A stretch of 64,000 bases of DNA from Bryobacterales bacterium (GTDB lineage: Bacteria > Acidobacteriota > Terriglobia > Bryobacterales > UBA6623): positions 251 through 64,250 of the forward strand of contig JAPPLB010000147.1 of the NCBI GenBank assembly GCA_028819575.1, written 5' to 3'. Under the pieces are notes generated by a model that saw only the letters and a program-made list of their open reading frames with translations, did not search any database and was not told the DNA's origin. Shown here piece after piece: positions 18,615-27,578 of this stretch. The first letter of the stretch is position 1. Every line of letters starts with the position of its first letter. The position numbers were made by a program, and so were the translations under genes.

Positions 18615-20832
18615 CGACATAAACGAGCGCGACGAAAACGGTGCCGGCTACTTGCACCACGCCGCCATCAATGATGACGGTCCTGTGGTTCGGTGGTTGC
18701 TTCAGAATGGAGCCGATCCGAATCAGCCCGATCATGATGGCCGCCGGCCCTTGCATGAGGCCGCCGAATCCAAATCCATCGTATCTGTTGCTCTGTTGCT
18801 TGAAAACGGAGCAAGCCCGCACGTTCACGAAAAGCACCTTGAACAAACACCCTTGCATCGAGCAGCCCTGTTCGGCTCATCCGAAGTATCTGAACGCTTG
18901 ATCGAAGCCGGCGCGGACCCCAACGCACGTGATTCGAACGGCGATACCCCGCTTCACCTGGCCCTCAGCGACCTCACCAACGAGAAGTCGCAGCTACCCG
19001 TGATCAATCGTTTGCTTGAAGGCGGAGCCGACCCCGACTTGGCCGACAGACAGTTAGGTCGAACGCCGCTGAACCTTGCCGCCGTCTACGGCAAACTCGA
19101 AACTGCCGATCGCTTGCTCGAAGCAGGGGCACACACCCATTGTCCCGACAAGGACGGCTATAGCGCCTTGCACGTAGCTTCGCGGTGCTCGGCGGCACTG
19201 ACAGAACGCTTGCTGAAGGCCGGCGCAAGCCCGCACACCCACTCCCATAGCGGCCGCACACCGCTCCACGAAGCAGCCTCATTCAGCTCGACAAGGAGCG
19301 TCGAGCGATTGCTCGAAGCAGGAGCCGACCCCAACAGCCGTGATAGGCACGGACAAACCCCCCTGCACTTGGCCGCTTCGGCCCAATCAACCGAGACGGT
19401 CGAGCGCCTGATCGAAGCCGGTGCGGACCCCAATGCGAAAAACGAGATCGGCTGGACCCCGCTGCATTCGGCGGCCGTTGCCAACGATATGCAGACCATC
19501 GACCACTTGCTCAAAGCCGGCGCCGACATGAGAGCCCACAAACCCGGAGATGTCGGAACACCTTTGGAGCTCGCCAAGACGTACAAATCGGCCGAAGCCG
19601 TAGGCCATCTCGCCCGCGCCGAAACCGTCCGTGACTCGGCCGAGCAATCGCCTTCCTACAACCGCTACCGCCGCACGGAAAACACACCCTCTAACGAACG
19701 CGGAGAGACCGTGCCGCAGAACGGCAAGGAACTCTCCCAACAGTCGAACACTCAACACCAAAACCACCACAAGGAGAACCCCATGCCGCAAGAACACTGG
19801 AGCAAAAGCAAAAGCGCACGGCAATTCACCGAACAGGTTGCCGAGCGCGTCGCCAAGCAGGTCGAGCAGGGCAAGGCCCCCTGGCAGAAAGGATGGGACA
19901 AGCCCAAAGGTGCAGACTTGCAGCCCTTCAATCCTGCAACCTTGAAGCGCTTCAAGGGACTCAACTCCGTCCAGCTTCGTTCCGTTGCCGAGGAGAAAGG
20001 CTACAACGATCCGCGCTGGATGAGCTTCCAGGCCGCCAACCAGATCGGAGCGAAAATCCGCAAGGGCGAGCGCGGCACCCGCGTCGAATACCTGCGCTTC
20101 CCGCCCAAGTCGGCGGACAAGGATGCGCCTGGCGTCGGCGCCGACGGCAAGTTGAAGGAACCGCCCAAAATCTCCCACCACACCTACACCGTGTTCAACG
20201 CCGAGCAGATCGAGAAGATGCCGCCGCTGGATCAGCAGTTACCCAAGGATCCCCAGCAGCACGAGATCTGCGAACGCGCCGAGCGCATGATCCAGGACTC
20301 CGGCGTGAAGTTGGAGAATCCGCCCAACGGGCAGAACTTCGCCAACTACGACAAGGATCGAGACACCATCGTGATCCCCGATATCGAGAAGTTCAAGTCG
20401 CCCGAAGCCTACTACGGCCAGGCCGTGAAGGAAATGACGAACCAGGCCGGCCACAAAGCTCAACAGGACCGCTCCGAACCGCAGAACGAAGCCCAGCAGC
20501 ATACTGCAGCCGCTCGCCAGGACATGCGCAGCGAAATGGCCTGCCTGACCATTAACGAGAAACTGCATCTTCCCAAGGAGCCCACCGGCGAGCGCCACCA
20601 GAAGCAATGGGCGGAAACCATCCGGAAGAACCCCAACGAACTGCGCTACGCCGCCAGGGACGCCGACCAGATCGCCGACCAGGTGCTCCAGCACGACCGG
20701 CCGCAGCAACGCCAGCAGTCCGAGCCCAGCCGCGAGGCCTCTACTGCTCAGGTCACTCCCGAGCGGGTGCAGGAAACCCAACGCGCCCTGCAACAGCCGC
20801 AACGCGAAATGGCCGCCGCCATGAGTCGCTAG
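18598..20832 (+). CDS. Ankyrin-repeat / ArdC-like fusion protein with degenerate metallopeptidase motif
   Basis: About 10 ankyrin repeats (G-TPLH-A...LLEAGADPN) in aa 1-330. An ArdC N-domain (APWQKGW...FNPATLKRFKGLNSVQL...RWMSFQAANQIGAKIRKGERG) follows. KEMTNQAGH stands where the paralog has HELGHWTGH. Confidence 0.8.
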   Translation: MAVHVDDINERDENGAGYLHHAAINDDGPVVRWLLQNGADPNQPDHDGRRPLHEAAESKSIVSVALLLENGASPHVHEKHLEQTPLHRAALFGSSEVSERLIEAGADPNARDSNGDTPLHLALSDLTNEKSQLPVINRLLEGGADPDLADRQLGRTPLNLAAVYGKLETADRLLEAGAHTHCPDKDGYSALHVASRCSAALTERLLKAGASPHTHSHSGRTPLHEAASFSSTRSVERLLEAGADPNSRDRHGQTPLHLAASAQSTETVERLIEAGADPNAKNEIGWTPLHSAAVANDMQTIDHLLKAGADMRAHKPGDVGTPLELAKTYKSAEAVGHLARAETVRDSAEQSPSYNRYRRTENTPSNERGETVPQNGKELSQQSNTQHQNHHKENPMPQEHWSKSKSARQFTEQVAERVAKQVEQGKAPWQKGWDKPKGADLQPFNPATLKRFKGLNSVQLRSVAEEKGYNDPRWMSFQAANQIGAKIRKGERGTRVEYLRFPPKSADKDAPGVGADGKLKEPPKISHHTYTVFNAEQIEKMPPLDQQLPKDPQQHEICERAERMIQDSGVKLENPPNGQNFANYDKDRDTIVIPDIEKFKSPEAYYGQAVKEMTNQAGHKAQQDRSEPQNEAQQHTAAARQDMRSEMACLTINEKLHLPKEPTGERHQKQWAETIRKNPNELRYAARDADQIADQVLQHDRPQQRQQSEPSREASTAQVTPERVQETQRALQQPQREMAAAMSR

Positions 20833-20956
20833 TTCTCATTCGAGGTTCCTCATGCCGTACAAGACGGGCCTTTCTCCCTGCAGCAGCAGTGTGGACGGCC
20901 TTCCCTAGCGCCGCCTCATGGACTGGAGCCGTTAGACCTGCCCGAAGGCTGATTCG

Positions 20957-21997
20957 ATGACGAAATGGAAGAAGGGCAGTAGCGCCCGTCAGTTCGCGGA
21001 GAAGGCTGCGGAGAAGATGATCGAGCAGCTCAAGAAGGGTGTCGCTCCCTGGCAGAAGGAATGGGATAAGCCCGAGGGCTCGGAGCTTCCCCCATTCAAC
21101 CCCGTCACCGGAACCCGCTACCGCGGCCTCAACTCATTCGTGCTGGCTTCGGAAGCCGGCGAGCGTGGATATGCAGATCCGCGATGGACCACCTATCGCG
21201 GCGCGAAGAAGGTCGGAGCGCAAGTCCGCAGGGGCGAGAAGGGAGTCGGAGTCGAGTACTGGAAGTTCCCCACCAAGGAGCAGGAGGACAGGGTACGCGC
21301 CGCGATCGCTGCCGGCCAGCAGCCCGAAGAACTCAAGATCATCCACCGCACTTACACGGTGTTCAACGCCGAGCAGATCGAAGGGATGCCTTCTCTCGAA
21401 AGCGAGCTCAAGAAGGTGAACCAGTGGGAAACCTGCGAACGCGCCGAAGCCTTGCTGCAGGCGTCGGGCGCGAACATCGAACACCGTGGCGGCAACCGAG
21501 CTTTCTACCGTCCCTCACAGGACTTGATCGTGCTGCCGAAGCAGGAGCAGTTCCACTCGCCCGAAGCCTACTACTCGACGGCGCTTCACGAGCTCGGCCA
21601 CTGGACCGGACACAAGAGCCGGCTCGATCGCTCGGAACTGATGAAGGGCAGCTTCGGTTCTCCGGAGTACGCCAAGGAAGAACTGCGGGCGGAAATGACT
21701 TCCGTGACCGTCAATGGGATGCTGCGGCTGCCGCACGATCCGAACAGCCATGCATCCTATGTCGGTTCCTGGATCAAGACTCTTGAGGACAACCCCAACG
21801 AGCTGCGCTACGCAGCCCGCGACGCCGGCAAAATGTCGGATTACATCCTTCAGTTCGACCGTTACCAGGAGCGCCAGGCCGAAGAAAAGCCCCGCGAAGC
21901 GGGCCTTTCCTCATCGGTTTACCGGCAACAGCCTGATCTCAGCCAGCGACCGCAGCCGCAACCGGGGAAAGAGCCGGTTTCAGCACTGGATCGCTGA
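20957..21997 (+). CDS. ardC: Antirestriction protein ArdC (ssDNA-binding N-domain + zincin peptidase)
   Basis: APWQKEW, FNPVTGTRYRGLNSFVL, RWTTYRGAKKVGAQVRRGEKG, and an intact HELGHWTGH. Confidence 0.85.
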   Translation: MTKWKKGSSARQFAEKAAEKMIEQLKKGVAPWQKEWDKPEGSELPPFNPVTGTRYRGLNSFVLASEAGERGYADPRWTTYRGAKKVGAQVRRGEKGVGVEYWKFPTKEQEDRVRAAIAAGQQPEELKIIHRTYTVFNAEQIEGMPSLESELKKVNQWETCERAEALLQASGANIEHRGGNRAFYRPSQDLIVLPKQEQFHSPEAYYSTALHELGHWTGHKSRLDRSELMKGSFGSPEYAKEELRAEMTSVTVNGMLRLPHDPNSHASYVGSWIKTLEDNPNELRYAARDAGKMSDYILQFDRYQERQAEEKPREAGLSSSVYRQQPDLSQRPQPQPGKEPVSALDR

Positions 21998-22006
21998 TTT
22001 CAAGGT

Positions 22007-22048
22007 GCCCCGTTAAAAAACCTTAACGGGGCATCCTAACGGGGCATA
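22007..22048 (+). terminator. 10-bp hairpin after ardC plus direct 11-mer repeat
   Basis: GCCCCGTTAA (22007-22016) pairs with TTAACGGGGC (22023-22032). TAACGGGGCAT is repeated again at 22036-22046. No T-tract, so it may be a protein site rather than a terminator. Confidence 0.35.
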
Positions 22049-22099
22049 TTCCACTTTTCGCAACTTGCAGTTTCTCAAGCAGTTAAGCAATTCTGCTCA

Positions 22100-22213
22100 C
22101 CCCGCCTGTGCCATGCGAGGCGGGGTTCGTGTGCGTGTAGCGACCCCCCCTTTTTGCCACTTCGTATGGCACGGCCTCTGCCCTACGGGCCGAGGTTCGG
22201 GGGGTCGCTACAC
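22100..22213. promoter_or_regulatory. Candidate oriT core: nested inverted repeats
   Basis: A 7-bp hairpin CCCCGCC/GGCGGGG (22100-22125). Then a perfect 15-bp IR GTGTAGCGACCCCCC (22135-22149) / GGGGGGTCGCTACAC (22199-22213) enclosing two small hairpins. Lies between the ArdC genes and the coupling-protein gene. Confidence 0.35.
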
Positions 22214-22250
22214 GCTTGATCGATCCCTGCGGGAAGGCCGGAAGCGCTTT

Positions 22251-22460
22251 GCGCTGAAAATCCGCCGCTTGAAAAGCTTTCTCGCTCGCTGCGCTGAATC
22301 CCTGTTGACGCCCCGCTGAACGAAACTCCATCACGTTCGCTTTTCAGCGTTTTTCAGTTTTTCGACTCGATAGGATTCAGTACCCACCTCCTCGAATCCC
22401 ACTGAATACGCCTGTTGTCACTCGGATTCAGTTCGTTTCTTGGCAGCTTACGCCGTTCAG
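22251..22460. repeat. Cluster of about 9 CTGAA/TTCAG short repeats
   Basis: GCGCTGAA at 22251 and 22291, and CGCTGAA at 22314. TTCAG at 22343, 22353, 22376, 22427 and 22456. CTGAAT at 22402. All lie in 210 nt of non-coding DNA upstream of virD4. Confidence 0.5.
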
Positions 22461-22612
22461 CCCTTCTCTGCCTTTTCTCCCCGACCCGGATTCTCCAAGA
22501 AGCTCAGACCGCCGATACTCAGCTCGTGCAAATCGACGGCTTGTACGAAATGGGAATCTCCTGCTTCTGAGGCGACTAGATCGCCGCTCTCTCCGCGTCG
22601 AACCGGCCCGCT

Positions 22613-24682
22613 ATGCTTTGCCGATTCGCCTTCGCTTGGCATCCTGTATGCATGAAGTTCGCGCTTCCCTGGATCGCCGGTTTCCTTCTCTCGCTCTCCC
22701 GCTGGCGCTGGGAGCCCTTCCCCGCTTCCGGTGCGAACCCGTTCCTCGATCTTATCGAGCTGAACGATCCCGCTCTCTTCCATCTCATCGTGGGCTGGTA
22801 CTATCTCGCGCCCTGGGCCGCCGCCGGAGTCGGCGGAGCGCTGCTTCTCTCGATGTGGCAAATCTGGTTCGCCGGCCTCGGCAACGGCAGCGGCGGCCGT
22901 GGTTCGCTGCCGCGCTGGCCGTCATCCTCGAATGACAAGTCGATCTCTCTCGTCGTGGGGGAAACCCACCACCCCACCAGGCCGGTCGAGTCGGAACAAC
23001 CCGACTGGCTGGTGCTCTCCGAAAAAGGACTCTTTACCGGCGTTGCCGTAGTCGGAGCCGTGGGGACCGGCAAGACCTCCGCCTGCATGCAACCCTTCGC
23101 CGAGCAGCTCTTCTCGTGGCAGTCCCATGACTCCCACAAGAAAGCGGCCGGCCTCGTGCTCGAAGTCAAAGGCGACTTCTGCTACGCCATCCGCGACGTG
23201 CTGGACAAGCACGGCCGCGGCGACGACTACCTTGAAATCGGCCTCAACAGTCACTGGCAGTGGAACCCCCTCGATGCGCACTGGATGGATTCCTACTCGC
23301 TGGCGTACACCATCGCCTCGCTGATGAACCAACTCTTCGGCCGCGGCAAGGAGCCCTTCTGGCAGCAGGCATCCACCAATCTCGTTCGCAACATCATCGA
23401 ACTCTACCGCGTCACCACCGGCTGGGTGACTCTTCAAGATGTGTACAACTGCGCGATCGATCCCGAGCTGCTCGGCAACAAGATCGAAAAAGCCTACAGC
23501 GAAGCCGCTCCACCCCCTCCGCCCGAGGCTCGCATCTTCGTTCCGCAGTGGGCGTTCACCGCTCACGGCCGTAAGCTCAAGGATTGGGAATGGAAGGACG
23601 AGCCCGACAAGGAGAAGTCGGCTGTTGTTGACGCCGATCTTGTCGCCACTCTTACGAAGCTCAGCATCGACCATCGCACCGTCGAGCCGCCCGCTGCGAA
23701 CACCGCCGGCAAGTCACCCCGTCTGGAGCGAATCGAGGCTGTGAAGCGCTGGTATCACCTCGACTGGATGAAGATCGATCTGAAGCTGCGAACCTCCATC
23801 GTCGAAGGAATCTCCGTTTTCCTGGGACTTTTCGATACCCCCGAAGTTGCCCGCATGTTCTGCCCGCCTGAACCCGAGCGCGAGCCGGAAACCATGTCAC
23901 CTGCGAACGGAGCTGCGGCCGGGGCAACGCAGATCGCCACCTTGCGGCCTCTTCCCTCGCTCAGCTCGCTCATCGAGGAAGGCAAGGTGATCTGCCTCAA
24001 CATGCCCGTTTCATCCAACGCCGCCCTCGCTCGCGCGATCGGCGTGATGCTCAAGCAAAGCTGGCTGGGCGCGCTGCTGCTGCGTCCGGCCGACATGCGC
24101 AAGCTGCCCACGAAGTACTTCCGGCCGGCCGTCTTCCTGTGCGACGAATACCAGTCGTTCGCCACCGTAGGCGAGGCCGATCCCAGCGGAGACGAGAAAG
24201 CCTTCGGCCTCAGCCGGCAGTCGCGCTGCATCCCGATCGTCGCCACGCAGTCGATTTCCTCGCTGCGCTCCGTCACCGGCAGCGGCGAAGCCTGGCGCAC
24301 CCTGTTTCAGAACCTCAGAACGAAGGTCTTCCTCTCTCTCAGCGACGATTCCTCCGCCCGCATCGCTTCGGAAATGTGCGGCCAGGTCGAAGTGCTCAAG
24401 ACCGCCTACTCCTTCAACGAGTCCACGCCGAAGGCCGGCATCTCGCTCTTCAGCGGGGCGCCCGGAGGCGGCAAGTCCTCGCTGGGAGTCTCCAAGTCCT
24501 TCCAGGACCGCATGGAACCGCTTTTCCGGCCAAAGGCATTTGCCGAGCTCGATACCGGCCAGGCCATCGTGCTGCCCTACGACGGTAAGAAGAACCTGTC
24601 CGCCCGCCGCTGCTACCTCAAGCCGTTCTACCTGCCACGTGATCTCAGCTACTGGCGCCAGCAAGAGAAAGGAATGATATGA
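22613..24682 (+). CDS. virD4: Type IV coupling protein (VirD4/TraG-like)
   Basis: N-terminal TM helices, Walker A VVGAVGTGKTS and Walker B VFLCDEYQSF. The start may be ATG 22652 (MKFALPW). Confidence 0.85.
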   Translation: MLCRFAFAWHPVCMKFALPWIAGFLLSLSRWRWEPFPASGANPFLDLIELNDPALFHLIVGWYYLAPWAAAGVGGALLLSMWQIWFAGLGNGSGGRGSLPRWPSSSNDKSISLVVGETHHPTRPVESEQPDWLVLSEKGLFTGVAVVGAVGTGKTSACMQPFAEQLFSWQSHDSHKKAAGLVLEVKGDFCYAIRDVLDKHGRGDDYLEIGLNSHWQWNPLDAHWMDSYSLAYTIASLMNQLFGRGKEPFWQQASTNLVRNIIELYRVTTGWVTLQDVYNCAIDPELLGNKIEKAYSEAAPPPPPEARIFVPQWAFTAHGRKLKDWEWKDEPDKEKSAVVDADLVATLTKLSIDHRTVEPPAANTAGKSPRLERIEAVKRWYHLDWMKIDLKLRTSIVEGISVFLGLFDTPEVARMFCPPEPEREPETMSPANGAAAGATQIATLRPLPSLSSLIEEGKVICLNMPVSSNAALARAIGVMLKQSWLGALLLRPADMRKLPTKYFRPAVFLCDEYQSFATVGEADPSGDEKAFGLSRQSRCIPIVATQSISSLRSVTGSGEAWRTLFQNLRTKVFLSLSDDSSARIASEMCGQVEVLKTAYSFNESTPKAGISLFSGAPGGGKSSLGVSKSFQDRMEPLFRPKAFAELDTGQAIVLPYDGKKNLSARRCYLKPFYLPRDLSYWRQQEKGMI

Positions 24683-25896
24683 GCTTGTCTTTGGAAGAAG
24701 TGCTGGCTGCCCTTCCCAAGAGGCTCCGAAAGGTCTTTGAGGATTCCTCCGTCACCGAGTTGATGATCAACTCTCCCGACTCGGTCTGGTTCGAGAAAGA
24801 AGGATGCCTCTATCCCGTCTACACCGACAAGACCCCCAAGGCCGAGGCGCTCACCGAGCGGATGCTCGATACCTTCGTCAAGCGCATCGCGCGCCCCCTG
24901 GGGCTCGACGCCGACAAGAAATCTCCCATCGTCGATGCCCGCTTGCCTGACGGCTCGCGCGTCGCCATCGCCTGCCCGCCCATCACCGAGGGCCTGGCTC
25001 TCTCGATCCGCCGCTTCGGCAGCCGATCCTGGACCGCTGCCAAGCTCGTCGAGACAGGCGCGGTTCCGGCCGAGGTTCTCTCGCTCATCGTCCGGGCTCT
25101 CAGCCAGCGCGAGAACGTCATCATTTCCGGAGGGACAGGAACCGGCAAGACCACGATGCTCAGCGCATTCGCCTCGCTCATCAACGAGGAAGAACGGATC
25201 GTATGCATCGAGGACACCCGCGAGCTTCACATCCCCGCTCCCAACTGCCTGCGGCTGGAAGCCAAGAGCATCCGGGAGGAAAAGGAAGGCGTACCCGTCA
25301 CGATCCGCGATCTGGTGCGCCATGCGCTTCGCCACCGTCCGGACCGGCTCATCGTAGGCGAGGTTCGCGGCGAGGAAGCCCAAGACCTCATCGAGGCGCT
25401 CAACACCGGCCACGGCGGTTCTATCTCTACCGTCCACGCCAACTCCGCACGGGCGGCGCTCACGCGCCTGGCAACCTGCGCCCTGCAATCCAAATCCGCT
25501 CCGCCGTGGGACGTGATCTGCGAACACGTCGCACTGGCGGTGCAGTACGTCATCCACCTGCATCGCTTCCTCGACGGTCGCCGTGGGGTGCATCAGGTTC
25601 TCAAAGTCAACAGCTACGACCGCAACCTGCAGGACTACAACTGCTCGATCATTTGGGAAGCTCCCCCGATCAACAGCAACGGCAACGGCCACCCCGGCGC
25701 CGAACACATCATCACCCGCGCCCTCGATCCCGCTCTCTCCATCCGTTACTGCATCGAATGCTCCGCAGAGCTGCCAAGCTCCGGTAAGGGCAGCCAGTCC
25801 GATCTCTGTATCGGTTGCCGCCGCAAGAAACAAAATCGCGCCGCCTACCTTCGCCGCAAAGCCGAATCGGAGAACTCAACTCCTTCCGACGACTGA
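24679..25896 (+). CDS. virB11: T4SS ATPase VirB11/TrbB (T2SS-E family) with C-terminal Cys4 tail
   Basis: Walker A SGGTGTGKTT, Asp box IEDTREL, Walker B RLIVGEVRGEEA and His box TGHGGSISTVHA. C-terminal CIEC...CIGC. ATGA overlap with virD4. Confidence 0.85.
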   Translation: MSLSLEEVLAALPKRLRKVFEDSSVTELMINSPDSVWFEKEGCLYPVYTDKTPKAEALTERMLDTFVKRIARPLGLDADKKSPIVDARLPDGSRVAIACPPITEGLALSIRRFGSRSWTAAKLVETGAVPAEVLSLIVRALSQRENVIISGGTGTGKTTMLSAFASLINEEERIVCIEDTRELHIPAPNCLRLEAKSIREEKEGVPVTIRDLVRHALRHRPDRLIVGEVRGEEAQDLIEALNTGHGGSISTVHANSARAALTRLATCALQSKSAPPWDVICEHVALAVQYVIHLHRFLDGRRGVHQVLKVNSYDRNLQDYNCSIIWEAPPINSNGNGHPGAEHIITRALDPALSIRYCIECSAELPSSGKGSQSDLCIGCRRKKQNRAAYLRRKAESENSTPSDD

Positions 25897-26378
25897 CCCC
25901 ACAACCGCTTCCTCGAGAACGCTTAAAGCCGCCTTCTCGAGTCCACGAATCCTATCCAGTGCGGAGAGGCCGCTCGCGGCAACGCTCTCCGGTTTCGTCG
26001 CGTTGAACGCGCCGAGAACTTTCTGGCGTCAGTACCTGCCGCCTTTTCCCACACGATGGGTGAGAGAGGGCGCCCAGCTTTGCTGCCTGCCGCCTGCCCC
26101 TCGATACGGAGCCCGCGGCCGGTGCGGTCCGGAGTCGCCGGCATGCTGCCGGCCAGGTCGATTACTCTGGCTTCGTTTTCTCGCCCGGTGAAGTGACGAC
26201 GTCGAGCTGCTCCCACCCTTGTCGCCAGGTCGGTTCACTCTATCCTCGGGTTCGAGGCCGCGAGCGGTCGACGGCAAAAACGCTTGTCAAGATCCTCGCA
26301 GCAGTTTTTGCGAAGGATAGGGTGCGCCAGGTTGACGCGCCGGCAAACGGGGGAACCGATCGAGGCGATCGTCTTCCC

Positions 26379-27467
26379 TCAGTGGAGATCGACGAGGCCG
26401 CACTTGAAGCCGGGAGGATCAGGAATCAGGGTCTTAGAGAGCTGTGGTAGCGGCGGCAGCCGGTCGAGCGCCCAGGCGAGCCTCTCAGGAGGAAGGCACA
26501 TTCCCGGCCAGGTCGAGGCGCCCGGATTCGCTCGCTGGTAGCTCTTTTGATCGAAGTAGCGTCCGAACACCATCAATTCGAACCACTCGTAGCGATGCGG
26601 AGCGTACTGTTCGAGCTCGTCATGAGTCATGTGCTTCCAATACTCGATGCGGTCCTTACGCCATTCCAGCGTCAGCGCATCGTCGATGAAATAGAACTGG
26701 GTAAAGTCCGCCAGAGTTTCCGCTGCCCGGCTGCGAGTCTCCATTTCGTAACCGTCCCGTTCCCGCAACGGCTGGCCGGATTCCTGCAGCAAGGCGCGGT
26801 CCGCATCGTAGGCTACAAGCCAGCTTTCGTGCAGCACTAAGCCATTTACCTCTTGGTTCTCGTACCAGCAGGCTTGACGAACTCTTCTCTCGTATAGATG
26901 CATCAGCTCGTGTAAAAAGGTTTGCTTCTCACCATACGGATGTCCGCTGTTGCGGCCATTCGACCAGACAATCATTCTGCTGGCCGAGCCGGCAGCCCCC
27001 GGAACCAAAGGAATCTCACCTGAACGTGTGACATACAGCGCGCCAGCGACAAGAGGCATGTAACGAAGCATCGTGTCCGATATCCCATCGGGCCACTTCG
27101 CCCCTAATGCGGTGCGGGCTCCGGATTCCACCTCGACTTCGCGTGGCTCCAGGGGCTCGCACTCGAAATCGTTGACGGGACAATCCTTCGCTTCTAGTTG
27201 CAACCTTGCCGGTGAGGGAAGATCGGGAATGCTGAACCATCCAGCCGAATCGGTATGCACCGGAATCGGACAATCCGGCTGGCAATCGATCACCTTGACC
27301 CGTACGCCTTGCAAGGGAATGATCGGGAACTCCCCCGGTCCTAGTTTGTACCAGTTCTCATCAAGAAGTTCTTCGTCGATACGTCCCACCTGACCCGAAA
27401 ACTCTTGCGCCAAAAGAGACGCTGCAGCGAGCTGCATCAACGGCAGAATCAAAGCGAGTCTTGTCAT
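26379..27467 (-). CDS. Secreted HExxH metallopeptidase-like protein
   Basis: Start taken at ATG 27467 (signal peptide MTRLALILPLMQLAAASLLAQE). Contains FLHELMH. The upstream 450 aa of the ORF-track entry were rejected (see noticed_but_rejected). Confidence 0.6.
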   Translation of the reverse strand: MTRLALILPLMQLAAASLLAQEFSGQVGRIDEELLDENWYKLGPGEFPIIPLQGVRVKVIDCQPDCPIPVHTDSAGWFSIPDLPSPARLQLEAKDCPVNDFECEPLEPREVEVESGARTALGAKWPDGISDTMLRYMPLVAGALYVTRSGEIPLVPGAAGSASRMIVWSNGRNSGHPYGEKQTFLHELMHLYERRVRQACWYENQEVNGLVLHESWLVAYDADRALLQESGQPLRERDGYEMETRSRAAETLADFTQFYFIDDALTLEWRKDRIEYWKHMTHDELEQYAPHRYEWFELMVFGRYFDQKSYQRANPGASTWPGMCLPPERLAWALDRLPPLPQLSKTLIPDPPGFKCGLVDLH

Positions 27468-27578
27468 ATCTATTTGACGTATCGGCGCTTGCGGGCGTTG
27501 CCCTTTCAGCTCTTCTACACCCTTCGAAACTAGCACAATCGGCTTGTCAGAAATCCAGTTCGGTGGGACGATTTCCTC

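Noticed and set aside
24649-25833. 394-aa minus ORF antisense to virB11. Similar long antisense ORFs occur at 1385-2744, 9517-10380, 11145-12107, 16152-16907, 38392-39228 and 40854-41684
   Set aside because: Each overlaps a confidently identified gene on the other strand and has a low-complexity, Arg/Gly/Ala-rich composition.
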